NCBI GenBank assembly: GCA_038230375.1
Contig: JBBRNJ010000005.1
Location: forward strand, 96,001 to 160,000
From: Polyangiales bacterium
GTDB taxonomy: Bacteria > Myxococcota_A > Polyangia > Polyangiales > Polyangiaceae
DNA length: 64,000 nucleotides
Direction: 5' to 3'
The number at the start of each line of letters is the position of its first letter. Position 1 is the first letter of the stretch. Of this stretch, positions 8,432 through 18,313 are shown piece after piece. The notes under the pieces were generated by a model. It ran no database searches. It was not told the DNA's origin and saw only the letters and a list, made by a program, of their open reading frames with translations. Made by a program: the position numbers and the translations under genes.

Positions 8432-10441
8432 TTGAAACGCAATCTCCTCATCCTCATCGCCCTCAGCGCCGGCGCTGGCGGTCTCTTTTTCCACTACGAT
8501 TCGTTCTGGGGATTGGTCACCACCATCCTCATCGTCGTGTGGTCCGCCATTGGCCTCCTCAACGTGATGGATGGGGCGTGGCGCGCGAGGCTGGGCTTCG
8601 CCGTGTGTGCATTCCTGCTCGCGTTCACGGCGCTCTGGCCGACCGCGAACACCATGTCTGGCGGCAAGATCCCGTGCCCCACGTACGTGAAGGATCGCAT
8701 CACCTTCGGCATCGCGAAGGGGCTCGACCTGCAGGGCGGACTCCGCCTCGTGTACACGGTCGAAGTCGAAGAGGCGATCCGCGACAAGCGCGATCACTTC
8801 GCGGACGAGATGCGGCACGAGCTTGCCATCACGTACGACTTCCACAAGGGTGATGGTCTCCTCCGCCGCGAGGAGATTGCCCTGCTCGACGGCAAGGTGA
8901 AGATCGCGTACGGCGCGGAGACCTCGATCCTGCGCGTGATCTTCAAGGACCCGGCGGACGTCTCCAAGATCGACGAGCGCTTCTCGAAGAAGTTCACGGG
9001 CGAGCTCTCGCAGCAGAAGGGCAAGGAGCCGGGCGAGGTCGTCTTCAAGATCCGCACCGACGTGGAGACCCAGATCCGCGAGCGCGCGGTCACCCAGGCG
9101 AAAGACACGGTCATCCGCCGCGTCGACGCGCTGGCCCTACGCGAGGCCTCCGTCACCGTCCGCGACGAGGACATCGTCATCGAGGTGCCGGGCAAGGACA
9201 AGAAGGCCTTCGACGAGATCAAGGAGACGATCCGTCAGACTGCACGCCTCGAGTTCAAGATGGTCGACGACGAGTCGGACTTCTTCGGCAACATCAAGGA
9301 CACGGACCTGCCCGAGGGCGAAGGCATCTCGATCTACCAGGAGCAGGCGCCCGGCGGCGTAGGCAAGACCGTGCAGACGCACTTCGCGCGCGTCGTGAAG
9401 CGCGAGAACGAGTCGATGCTCCAGGCGCGCGACCGCTTCAAGAAGTGGGCGAAGTCGCTGAACGTGCCGGACGACCACCAGGTCGGCTTCGAGGAGATCA
9501 TCGACTACGACGCGGATGAGGGAAAGACCACCGAGGTCGGCTGGCGCACCTTCTACATGTTCTCTCGCGCAGAGGTCACTGGTGACTACATCACCGACGC
9601 CACCGTCGCGCAGGACACGCAGAACGGCATGGGCAACTTCTACGTCGCCGTGACGTTCAGCCCCGCCGGCGCGGACCGCTTCGAGGAGATCACCGGCGCG
9701 AACGTGCAGCGTCGATTCGCGATCATCCTGGACGACGCGATCAACTCGGCGCCCGTCATCAAATCCAAGATCGGCGGCGGTCGCGCAAGCATCACGCTCG
9801 GCGGCGGCGATCCCGAGAAGCAGCTGAAGGACGCGAAGAAGCTCGAGATGGTGCTCCGCTCCGGAGCGCTCCCCGCGCCGATCACGCCGTCGAACGAGTC
9901 GCTCATCGGCCCCACCCTCGGCGAGGACGCGATCAGCAACGGCGGCAAGGGCGCCGTCGTCGGCATGGGCCTCGTGCTCATCTTCATGATCATCTACTAC
10001 CGGAAGGCCGGTGTGGTCGCTGACAGCGCGGTGCTCTTCAACCTGCTCCTGCAGATGGCGATCTTCGCGTCTCTCGGCGGCACGATGACCCTGCCTGGAA
10101 TCGCCGGTCTCGCGCTCACGGTAGGTATGGCGGTCGACGCGAACGTGCTCATCAACGAGCGCATCCGTGAAGAGCTCCGTGCAGGCCGCAGCATCCGCGC
10201 CGCGGTCGAGGCGGGGTACGACAAGGCGTTCGCGTCCATCCTGGATGGTCACGTCACGGTCTTCATCTCCGGCCTCATCCTGTCGCAGTACGGCACGGGA
10301 CCAGTCAAGGGCTTCGCCTACACGCTCATCATCGGGATCGTGGCGAGCCTCTACACAGGCGTGTTCTGTACGCGCATCGTCTTCGATTGGTGGGCGCGTG
10401 GCGCCAAGGTCACGCGCCTCAGCGTCGGCGCTGAGTTCTAG
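8432..10441 (+). CDS. secD: Protein translocase subunit SecD
   Basis: GLDLQGG, RRVDALALRE, LRSGALPAP, IGPTLG, TLPGIAGLALTVGMAVDANVLINERIREE and GPVKGFA motifs. TTG start. Confidence 0.97.
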   Translation: MKRNLLILIALSAGAGGLFFHYDSFWGLVTTILIVVWSAIGLLNVMDGAWRARLGFAVCAFLLAFTALWPTANTMSGGKIPCPTYVKDRITFGIAKGLDLQGGLRLVYTVEVEEAIRDKRDHFADEMRHELAITYDFHKGDGLLRREEIALLDGKVKIAYGAETSILRVIFKDPADVSKIDERFSKKFTGELSQQKGKEPGEVVFKIRTDVETQIRERAVTQAKDTVIRRVDALALREASVTVRDEDIVIEVPGKDKKAFDEIKETIRQTARLEFKMVDDESDFFGNIKDTDLPEGEGISIYQEQAPGGVGKTVQTHFARVVKRENESMLQARDRFKKWAKSLNVPDDHQVGFEEIIDYDADEGKTTEVGWRTFYMFSRAEVTGDYITDATVAQDTQNGMGNFYVAVTFSPAGADRFEEITGANVQRRFAIILDDAINSAPVIKSKIGGGRASITLGGGDPEKQLKDAKKLEMVLRSGALPAPITPSNESLIGPTLGEDAISNGGKGAVVGMGLVLIFMIIYYRKAGVVADSAVLFNLLLQMAIFASLGGTMTLPGIAGLALTVGMAVDANVLINERIREELRAGRSIRAAVEAGYDKAFASILDGHVTVFISGLILSQYGTGPVKGFAYTLIIGIVASLYTGVFCTRIVFDWWARGAKVTRLSVGAEF

Positions 10442-10459
10442 GGCCCAAGGAAAAAGCAC

Positions 10460-11677
10460 ATGGAGCTCTTCAAGCCAGGCAAAGTTTACGACTTCATGGG
10501 GATGCGCCGCTTCTGGATCATCCTCTCGGCGTCGCTCGTTCTCATCAGCACCGTCCTCGTGTGGGTTCCCGGGCCGAACTACGGCACGGACTTCCGCGGC
10601 GGTACCGAGCTCGAGGTCGCGTTCACCAAGGCGATCTCGTCCAACGGCGTGCGCGAGGCGGTCACGGGCGCGGGCTTCTCCGACCCCGACGTGGTCGAGG
10701 TGAAGGACGACAAGAACCCGAACCGCTTCCTCATCCGCGTGCAAGAGGTCAGCGTGGTCGACGACGCGTCCAAGGACGCGCTCCGCAAGTCGCTGTGCCT
10801 CACCGACGACCCCTCCAAGGCCGCGAGCGACGCGTGCCCCGCGAACGCGCGCGCCACCGAGGTGAAGTTCAGCGCCGGCGGCGACAAGATCTCCGCGCGC
10901 TACGACACCGATCCGGACGTCGCGACCATCAAGAAGCAGGTCGAGAGCGTCGCCAACATGAAGCTCCGCGTGAGCCCGAACAACCCGCAGGTCATCAACC
11001 CGCGCGACCATCGCGTCGAGGTGCAGCTGCAGTCCAAGGGCGACCAGCTCATGGACGGCATGCGCAGCAAGCTCGGCGCCGACACCGTCCCCGAGCACGC
11101 GCTCCGCGTCGAGTGGGTCGGTCCCAAGGCCGGCAAGCAGCTGCGTGACAGCGCGCGTAACTCGGTCGCCATCGCGATCGTGTTCATCATGCTCTACCTG
11201 GCGTTCCGCTTCGACCTGCGCTTTGCGCCGGGCGTCGTGCTCGCGTGCATCCACGACGCCATGGTCGTCATTGGCGTGTTCATCGCGCTGCACAAGGAGA
11301 TCACGCTCTCCACCATCGCCGCCGTCCTCACCATCGTCGGTTACTCCATGAACGACACCGTCGTCGTCTACGACCGCATCCGTGAGAACCTGGGCAAGTA
11401 CCGCGGCCGCACGTTCCGCGACGTGATCAACCTCTCCGTCAGCGAGACCCTCTCGCGTACGGTCCTCACGTCCGGCGCCACCATGCTGTCCGTCCTCGCG
11501 TTCTTCATCTGGGGAACCGGCATCATCAAGGATTTCGCGCTCGCGATGGTCGTCGGCATCATCGCCGGCACGTACTCCAGCATCTACGTTGCCGCTCCGC
11601 TCACCGAGTGGATCGACGCACGTATGTCGAAGCCCACGGACATGAAGCGTCGCCTCCAGGCTCGTCCTTCTTCCTGA
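10460..11677 (+). CDS. secF: Protein translocase subunit SecF
   Basis: GTDFRGGT, VGPKAGKQL, IHD, LTIVGYSMNDTVVVYDRIRE, TLSRT and GTYSSIYVA motifs. Confidence 0.97.
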   Translation: MELFKPGKVYDFMGMRRFWIILSASLVLISTVLVWVPGPNYGTDFRGGTELEVAFTKAISSNGVREAVTGAGFSDPDVVEVKDDKNPNRFLIRVQEVSVVDDASKDALRKSLCLTDDPSKAASDACPANARATEVKFSAGGDKISARYDTDPDVATIKKQVESVANMKLRVSPNNPQVINPRDHRVEVQLQSKGDQLMDGMRSKLGADTVPEHALRVEWVGPKAGKQLRDSARNSVAIAIVFIMLYLAFRFDLRFAPGVVLACIHDAMVVIGVFIALHKEITLSTIAAVLTIVGYSMNDTVVVYDRIRENLGKYRGRTFRDVINLSVSETLSRTVLTSGATMLSVLAFFIWGTGIIKDFALAMVVGIIAGTYSSIYVAAPLTEWIDARMSKPTDMKRRLQARPSS

Positions 11678-11788
11678 GCGCGACCCATCCAGAGCCACTG
11701 CTCGTTCAGGCACGTGGTTGCAGGTGTGCACTGCTCGTGCTAAGGGCCGTCGTAGCTTTCGGATGTCCTCCGAAACCGCGGGGTCCTC

Positions 11789-12106
11789 ATGAACCAGCAC
11801 GTCATCGCATTCCTAGCCTCTCTCGCCGTTCTCGCCCTGGGCAGCACGGCTGTGGGCAGCGAAGGCAGCACGCAGCTCACGACGGAGCGCAGGGTCCAGG
11901 GGATCATCACGCAGGTGGAGCCCACGGTTGTCACCATCACCGGGTCCTCCAAGCGCGAGGTCGTCGGCCGGGTGGACCCGAAGGTCACGCGCATCACGGT
12001 GAACGGCCACTCGGTACAGGCCTCCGCGCTCGAGGTCACCTACGTCGCTCGTGGCGAGATCGGCCTCGACGACGTGTGGCGTTCGATCGACGCACAGGCA
12101 CGGTAA
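11789..12106 (+). CDS. Small secreted hypothetical protein (possible OB-fold-like)
   Basis: Signal peptide followed by a beta-rich sequence, VQGIITQVEPTVVTITG...DPKVTRITVNG. Confidence 0.6.
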   Translation: MNQHVIAFLASLAVLALGSTAVGSEGSTQLTTERRVQGIITQVEPTVVTITGSSKREVVGRVDPKVTRITVNGHSVQASALEVTYVARGEIGLDDVWRSIDAQAR

Positions 12107-12212
12107 GCCGCGTTAGTAGCCACGCTGCCACGCTAAGCGGCGCCTGAGCGGGAAAACGGCTGAAAAGCGGCCGTAGGTCGCCGCCTCCCATTCAGCTATA
12201 CTGAAGGATGGG

Positions 12213-13685
12213 ATGAGCACCGTCGCGGCGGAAAACTACTCAGGCACCATCCTGGACGTCGCGCCTGGCTCGTCGCTCGGCCCTTACGAGCTTCTCGTGC
12301 CCATCGCGACGGGCGGCATGGCGCGCGTGTGGGCTGCTCGGCGGCACGACACGCCGTCGCGGTTCGTTGCGATCAAGATGATCCTTCCGGATCTGGCAGA
12401 GGACGCCGGGTTCCAGACCATGTTCCAGGATGAAGCGCGGGTCGGCGTGCTGCTCCACCATCCGAACGTCTGCGAGACCTACGAGATCTCGCAGGTGAAG
12501 GGCATCCACTACCTTGCCATGGAGTGGGTGGACGGTACCTCGCTCCTTCGCTTGCTCCGTTCGCGCGTCGACGGCGACGACGCGGGTAGCATCGTACGCA
12601 TCCCGATCGATCCGCGCGTCGCTGCTCGCATCGTCTCGGACGCGTGCGCGGGTCTGCATGCTGCCCACGAGCTCGTGGACGAGCAGGGGCAGCCGCTCAA
12701 GCTCGTTCACCGCGACGCAACGCCGCACAACATCCTCATCACCGCGGATGGGCGCGTGAAGCTGAGTGACTTCGGCGTGGCGAAGGCGCTCGGCAACTCG
12801 CACGCAACGCTCGCCGGTCAGATCAAGGGCAAGGTCTCGTACATGTCACCGGAGCAGCTGTGCGGAGATCCGCTCGATCGCCGCGCTGACATCTTCGCGC
12901 TCGGCGTGTGTCTCTACGAGTCCATCGCCGGTCGCAAGGCCTTCATGGGCGAGAGCGATCCAGAGGTGATGAGCCAGATCATCCTCGGGCAGATCGAGCC
13001 GCCCAGCGCGTTCATGTCCAACGTGCCGCCCGAGCTCGATCAGATCATCGTTCATGCGATGCAGCTCTCGCCGGACGATCGCTTCCAGACCGCGCTTGCC
13101 ATGCGTGATGCGCTGGAGAGCTTCCTCGCGCGGAGCGGTCCACCGGTGGGCGCAAGCGACGTCGCAGCCGTGCTCGAGGTCCGTTGCGGTCGGGAGATCC
13201 ACGAGCGCCGCGACAACATCCGCCTTGCCTGCTCCGAGGACGGGCTCACCCAGGCGATGCCACCGTCCGATCCCCCCACGGAGATCTTCGTACCCGTCGA
13301 GGAGTCGTCCTCCACGCGGTCCGTTCCACGCGATCGCCCGCCGCCGTACGGCTGGGACGAGCCGTCGCCGTCGTCTGCTGGGCAGTTCGGGTTGCCGCCA
13401 CCGTCCAGTTCTTATGACTATGGTCCGCCGTCGGGCGGCCCGCCGGTCACCTTCCGAACTCCGGGCGTTCACGCGGATGGCAGCCAGGGCCGCAGCGCGC
13501 TCCGGTCGAACACGAACATCATTCTGCTCGCAGCGGGGCTTGCCGCGCTCGTCGGGATCGTCGGGGTCGTGATCGCGGTCCTGCTCTGGCGTCGCGCCGC
13601 GGGCTCACCAGACGCGCAACCCACGCCTCCCGCGCAGAGCGCGCCGCCGTCTCCCGTTCCAACGCAGCCGCAGTTCCTCCACTGA
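12213..13685 (+). CDS. Membrane-anchored Hanks-type Ser/Thr protein kinase
   Basis: ATGGMARV, VAIK, HPNV, HRDATPHN, DFG, YMSPEQ and DIFALG motifs. Pro/Ser-rich linker and C-terminal TM helix. Confidence 0.95.
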   Translation: MSTVAAENYSGTILDVAPGSSLGPYELLVPIATGGMARVWAARRHDTPSRFVAIKMILPDLAEDAGFQTMFQDEARVGVLLHHPNVCETYEISQVKGIHYLAMEWVDGTSLLRLLRSRVDGDDAGSIVRIPIDPRVAARIVSDACAGLHAAHELVDEQGQPLKLVHRDATPHNILITADGRVKLSDFGVAKALGNSHATLAGQIKGKVSYMSPEQLCGDPLDRRADIFALGVCLYESIAGRKAFMGESDPEVMSQIILGQIEPPSAFMSNVPPELDQIIVHAMQLSPDDRFQTALAMRDALESFLARSGPPVGASDVAAVLEVRCGREIHERRDNIRLACSEDGLTQAMPPSDPPTEIFVPVEESSSTRSVPRDRPPPYGWDEPSPSSAGQFGLPPPSSSYDYGPPSGGPPVTFRTPGVHADGSQGRSALRSNTNIILLAAGLAALVGIVGVVIAVLLWRRAAGSPDAQPTPPAQSAPPSPVPTQPQFLH

Positions 13686-13695
13686 CCTGGCAAAC

Positions 13696-14478
13696 ATGGC
13701 GGCCCCCCTCATCTCGTTCGTCGATGCGAAGAAGCGCTTCGGGCCGAAGATCATCTTCGACGGCCTGACGCTCGCGTTCGAGCGCGGCACCACCACGACC
13801 ATCCTGGGCGCGTCGGGAAGCGGCAAGAGCGTGTTGCTCAAGATGCTCATCGGCCTCATCCCCGCGGACGGCGGGCAGATCCTGTTCGACGGACAGGACG
13901 TCACGCGCCTGGACGCGGACACGCTCTTCGCGGTGCGCCGTCGCATCGCATACCTGTTCCAGGGCGCCGCGCTGTTCGACTCGATGACGGTCGGTGAGAA
14001 CGTGGCTTACGGCTTGCGCGAGCAGTTCTACAAGACGATGTCGGAGGAAGAGATCGGTAGTCGCGTGGAGAGCGCGCTCGCGAGCGTGGGCTTGCCTGGC
14101 ATCCAGGCGATGCGCCCCTCGGACCTCTCCGGCGGCATGAAGAAGCGCGTCGGCCTGGCGCGCACGCTTGCCCTCGAGCCCGAGGTCATCCTCTACGACG
14201 AGCCCACGACGGGCCTCGACCCCATCAACACCGCGCGCATCAACCAGCTCATCCTGAGCATCAAGCGGCGCCTTGGCCTCACCAGTATCGTGGTCACTCA
14301 CGACATGGGCACCGCGTTCTCGGTGTCGGATCGCATCGTGATGCTCGGCAAGAACAAGGTCCTCATGGAGGGACCGCCCGACCTGTTCCGCACCACACCC
14401 GATCCCTACGTGCGCGATTTCATCGACGGAAAGGCCCCTGAAGTGGAAGACGTGGCCGTGCTACTCTCCTCTTCATAG
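13696..14478 (+). CDS. mlaF: ABC transporter ATP-binding protein, MlaF/Mkl family
   Basis: GASGSGKS, FQGAALFDSMTVGENVAYGLRE, LSGGMKKRVGLAR, DEPTTGLDP and VVTHD motifs. Adjacent to an MCE gene. Confidence 0.9.
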   Translation: MAAPLISFVDAKKRFGPKIIFDGLTLAFERGTTTTILGASGSGKSVLLKMLIGLIPADGGQILFDGQDVTRLDADTLFAVRRRIAYLFQGAALFDSMTVGENVAYGLREQFYKTMSEEEIGSRVESALASVGLPGIQAMRPSDLSGGMKKRVGLARTLALEPEVILYDEPTTGLDPINTARINQLILSIKRRLGLTSIVVTHDMGTAFSVSDRIVMLGKNKVLMEGPPDLFRTTPDPYVRDFIDGKAPEVEDVAVLLSSS

Positions 14479-14509
14479 GCCGCGAAGTCACGAGCGGCTT
14501 CTTTCTCTC

Positions 14510-15625
14510 ATGGGCAAGAACCTCAGAGTCGGTGCGTTCGTGTTGGTCGGGCTGCTCATCTCGGCCCTGATCATCTTCACCATCGGTGACACCCGGCGCG
14601 TCTGGGACCCGAAGTACTACTACAACACGGAGTTCTCGGATGTCGTCGGCCTGAAGGCGGGCTCGCCCGTGCGCATGGGCGGTCTGGACATTGGCAGCGT
14701 GGACTCCGTTTCGCACGGCTCGGACGCGAGCGACCCGAAGATCCACGTCCGCATCTCCGTCGCACGCAGTGAGGCACGACGCATTCGCGCCGACTCCGTG
14801 ATGAAGGTCGTGGCCAAGGGCCTTCTCGGCGACAAGATGGTGGAGGTCTCCGTGGGCTCCGCCGACCAGCCGACCGTGCCCGACGGCGGCCACCTCAAGT
14901 CGGACGAGCCAATCGATTTCTCCAAGTACCTCTCCAAGTTCGAGTCCATCGCGAACAAGACCGAGGCGACCGTCACGAACCTGGAGCGGGCAACGCGCAC
15001 GCTCGGCGATCCAAAGCTGAACGAGGACGTGAAGGCCACCGTGGAGAGCCTGCACGTGATCCTGGACGGCGTCGCGAACAACAAAGACGGCGCCGCGCAC
15101 AAGATCATCTTCGACCCCGAGCAGGCGAAGCGCATCGACCGCATCCTGGGCAACCTGGAGGCGACCACCGCCAACCTGAACGCCACGGCGGCGAACGTGG
15201 CCGCCGTCACCGGGCGCGTGAAGGACGGACCAGGCCTTGCGCACACCGTGCTGTACGACGACAAGACCGCGCAGGACGTCTCTGGCACGCTCGCGGAGGT
15301 CCACGACAGCCTCACCGCCGTGCGCACGGGCAACGGGCTCGCGCACGTCACCATCTACGGGGACGAGAACACGCAGCACGTGATGGCCAACGTGAGCGTC
15401 ATGACGGACGACCTGCGCACCATCATCGCCAACGTGAAGGCCGGCAAGGGCACCGTGGGTGCGCTGCTGGTGGACCCCAGCGTCTACGAGGATCTGAAGG
15501 CCGTCATAGGCAACGTGGAGCGCAACCAGGTGCTCCGTGCCATTGTTCGCTACTCGATCAAGCAGGACGAGGCGAAGAACCCCGAGCACGTCGAGACGCC
15601 GCCCGTCACGCCCCAGAAGAAGTAG
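14510..15625 (+). CDS. mlaD: MCE/MlaD family protein with a long helical C-terminal region
   Basis: N-terminal TM (VGAFVLVG), GLKAGSPVRMGGLDIGSV, KGLLGDKMVE and GKGTVGALL motifs. Confidence 0.9.
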   Translation: MGKNLRVGAFVLVGLLISALIIFTIGDTRRVWDPKYYYNTEFSDVVGLKAGSPVRMGGLDIGSVDSVSHGSDASDPKIHVRISVARSEARRIRADSVMKVVAKGLLGDKMVEVSVGSADQPTVPDGGHLKSDEPIDFSKYLSKFESIANKTEATVTNLERATRTLGDPKLNEDVKATVESLHVILDGVANNKDGAAHKIIFDPEQAKRIDRILGNLEATTANLNATAANVAAVTGRVKDGPGLAHTVLYDDKTAQDVSGTLAEVHDSLTAVRTGNGLAHVTIYGDENTQHVMANVSVMTDDLRTIIANVKAGKGTVGALLVDPSVYEDLKAVIGNVERNQVLRAIVRYSIKQDEAKNPEHVETPPVTPQKK

Positions 15626-15642
15626 CCCGACTCAGCCCGCCT

Positions 15643-17286
15643 TCACCCGGATAGCAGCGCCATCTTCAGGGCCGTGGGGTCCGCAACGATGAGGCTGTCC
15701 GTCGCGAAGTCCACCTGGATCATCGGATAGCGCGCGATCACGCTCATGATGCTCATGGCGATGGAGAGCCCAAGCTGCCCTTCGATCTCTCCGCACGCGC
15801 GCGTCCACCTTGTGGTGAACCCTCCCTCCGCGCGCGGGTCGCCAAAGGCTGTAAGATGCATGTAAATCTGCTTTGCGACGCGCGCCGGATTCACCGTGCC
15901 CATGTGGGTGACGCGCTTCTGCGTGTACAGGTCGCGGAAGCGCTGCGCCAGCAGGGTGGTCACGCTGCGCAGCCATGGCTTCACCTGCGCAAGCTCCGCC
16001 TCGAACACCTTGCGCGTGACCACGAGCACGGTGGTGTCCTCCACGCAGAGGATGGTCGCCGTGCGTGCGCCTTCGGTCAGGATGGCGGTCTCTCCGAAGA
16101 CGTCGCCCGGTCCGAGGCGCTGCATCACGCTCACCTGTCCGTCGATGATCTTGAGCACGTCGCACTTACCGCTGACGATGATGTACGCGCTGTCGCCGCG
16201 CTCGCCCTCGCGCATGACATACGCGCCCTTCGGGAACGTGGTCTTGGGGAACTCCGCGCCTCCGCGCATGAACCGGACGACGTCGTCCTTGAGCTCGCGC
16301 ATAGACGCGTAGCGGTCCACGGGAGCCTTCTGCATGGCGCGCTCGATGATGCGCTCGAGCTCCGGTGGCACGTCCTTCGCGACCTGCGACAGCGGCTCGG
16401 GCTTGCACTCGAGCGCGCATTTCAGCGTCTCGTCGAAGCTGGTGGAGAGGAAGGGCGGCCTGCGCGCGATGATCTCGTAGAGCACCGCGCCCACCAGGAA
16501 CACATCCGAACGTGCGTCGAGTGAGCTGCGATTGCCGCTGGCCTGCTCGGGTGACATGTAGCTTGCCGTGCCGATGACGGCGTCGTTCGTCTCGATGGGA
16601 GCCTGACCCGACGCAGGCGGTGTGCCATGAAGGCTGGGTGGCGGTATGGTTCCAGCAGTGTTGCTGACCAGGCGGGCAATGCCCCAGTCCATCAAGTAGA
16701 CCTCGCCGAAGTCACCCACCATCACGTTCGCGGGCTTCACGTCGCAGTGCAGGACGCCGCGGCTGTGCGCGAACGAGAGCGCATCCATGACCTTGATGGC
16801 GACGTCGAGCAGGTTCCAGAGCGCGGACGTCTCGAGCGGACCTTCGGGCAGTGAGCGGATGACGTCGCGGAGGGAGAGGCCCTCCACCATCTTCATGGTG
16901 AAATAGAGCTGGCCGCCCGGGTCCTCGCCGATGTCGTAGACGGGAACGATGTTCGGGTGGTCGAGCACTCCATTCACGCGCGCCTCGCGCAGGAACATGC
17001 GCACGACGTTGCGATTGCTCGCAAGGTGACTGTGCAGCACCTTCTTTGCGACGTGACGCACGAGCGCGCGATCGGTGGCCAGGTGAATGGTGCCCATGCC
17101 ACCCGCCGCGATGTTCTTCTCCGTGACCAGCCGCGCCTCTGGCCGCGTGCGGATCTCCTTCAGGACGGACTCGACGTCGTTCGCGTCCAGGCGATCCGGA
17201 GACGTCGCGCGACCCTCCAGCGAGTTCGGCGGCATGGGCCGATCGAGCACCGTTGCGTTCGGATCTTTTGTGTCGGGTCTGCTCAC
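15643..17286 (-). CDS. Ser/Thr kinase fused to a cNMP-binding domain and a possible Crp-like C-terminal domain
   Basis: Kinase: AAGGMG, VAKK, HPNIVPVY, HCDVKPAN, DWG, YMSPEQ. cNMP-binding: REGERGDSAYIIVSG...GDVFGETAIL...RTAT. Confidence 0.92.
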   Translation of the reverse strand: MSRPDTKDPNATVLDRPMPPNSLEGRATSPDRLDANDVESVLKEIRTRPEARLVTEKNIAAGGMGTIHLATDRALVRHVAKKVLHSHLASNRNVVRMFLREARVNGVLDHPNIVPVYDIGEDPGGQLYFTMKMVEGLSLRDVIRSLPEGPLETSALWNLLDVAIKVMDALSFAHSRGVLHCDVKPANVMVGDFGEVYLMDWGIARLVSNTAGTIPPPSLHGTPPASGQAPIETNDAVIGTASYMSPEQASGNRSSLDARSDVFLVGAVLYEIIARRPPFLSTSFDETLKCALECKPEPLSQVAKDVPPELERIIERAMQKAPVDRYASMRELKDDVVRFMRGGAEFPKTTFPKGAYVMREGERGDSAYIIVSGKCDVLKIIDGQVSVMQRLGPGDVFGETAILTEGARTATILCVEDTTVLVVTRKVFEAELAQVKPWLRSVTTLLAQRFRDLYTQKRVTHMGTVNPARVAKQIYMHLTAFGDPRAEGGFTTRWTRACGEIEGQLGLSIAMSIMSVIARYPMIQVDFATDSLIVADPTALKMALLSG

Positions 17287-17310
17287 GGGCCGCGATCAAT
17301 CCAGACTATC

Positions 17311-18312
17311 TCAGTCATGTATTTGCGCAATGAGGTCCGCGAGCGCGAAAACCGTGAGCGGCGAGCAGCCTTCCGCCTTGTTGTTCACGATGATGAACGC
17401 CTGCTTCGCACCGACAGCCGCAGCCGCGCGGACCAGGTCCACCACGTCCGCGCGCATCCCGGGCTGCGGCATCTGGATGCGATTGAAGGGCTCGAACGCG
17501 GCCTTCTGATCTTCGTACCGCACGAACGGCGGGAGCATGAGGCGGCTCACCACGAAGTCGGCGGTGAGCGAGTCGCGCATGCGCAGCTGCGTACCAACGG
17601 TGGGCATGCCCGTCCAGAAGCTGAACACGTGCGCCGCGCCATGCGACCGGAGGAGAGCGAAGTAGTCCGGGCAGAGGAGCTCCTTGTTTCGCACCTCGAT
17701 CGCGAGCTGCAGATGCTTCGGCATCGCCGACAGGAATGCGTCGATGCGGCCGAGGATGCGCGCGAGTGAGGGGGCGCGTGCGGCAGGAAATGGCGGGATC
17801 TCCAGCACGAACGGCCCAAGGTGCTCCGCAAAGGCCTCGTCGAATGGCGCAAGGACGTCGACCATGAACCGCTCCACATCCATGAACCCGTGGTTCACCG
17901 TGCCCGCGCGCTTGCCGTAGCGCGCGTGCGGCGGGAAGACGACGGTCGTGATCTCCTCCCACACCTTCGAGATGGGGCGGAAGCCCGGTGCGTCCGAGAG
18001 GTCGGCCGCATAGCGACGAAGGTCGTCCGCCGTGAGCGGGCCGTAGTAGCTGCGATCGATGCCCACAGTGCGAAGGAGTGGGTGCGCGGCGTACGCGCGG
18101 AGGCCGTGCGCGATCAACGCCTCACGCGAGGGCGCGCCCGCGTAGACCAGATTGTTCCATCCGGGGAACGTCCAGCTGCTCGTGCCAAGGCGAATCCACG
18201 GCGGGATGCGCGCTGCGAGCAACGTCGCGGCCTCGGTCACATACGGCTGTACGGAGAGCTCTGGCTTCTCGAGAGCGGGCTCCTCGAAGAGTCTGAGCTG
18301 CTTCTTGTCCAC
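17311..18312 (-). CDS. DUF72 family protein
   Basis: IRLGTSSWTFPGW, TVGIDRSYY, LGPFVLE, AIEVRN and IIVNNKAEG motifs. Confidence 0.88.
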   Translation of the reverse strand: MDKKQLRLFEEPALEKPELSVQPYVTEAATLLAARIPPWIRLGTSSWTFPGWNNLVYAGAPSREALIAHGLRAYAAHPLLRTVGIDRSYYGPLTADDLRRYAADLSDAPGFRPISKVWEEITTVVFPPHARYGKRAGTVNHGFMDVERFMVDVLAPFDEAFAEHLGPFVLEIPPFPAARAPSLARILGRIDAFLSAMPKHLQLAIEVRNKELLCPDYFALLRSHGAAHVFSFWTGMPTVGTQLRMRDSLTADFVVSRLMLPPFVRYEDQKAAFEPFNRIQMPQPGMRADVVDLVRAAAAVGAKQAFIIVNNKAEGCSPLTVFALADLIAQIHD

Positions 18313-18313
18313 G

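Noticed and set aside
9137..11800. 887-aa minus-strand ORF
   Set aside because: Antisense shadow of secD/secF caused by high-GC codon bias, with no recognisable motifs.
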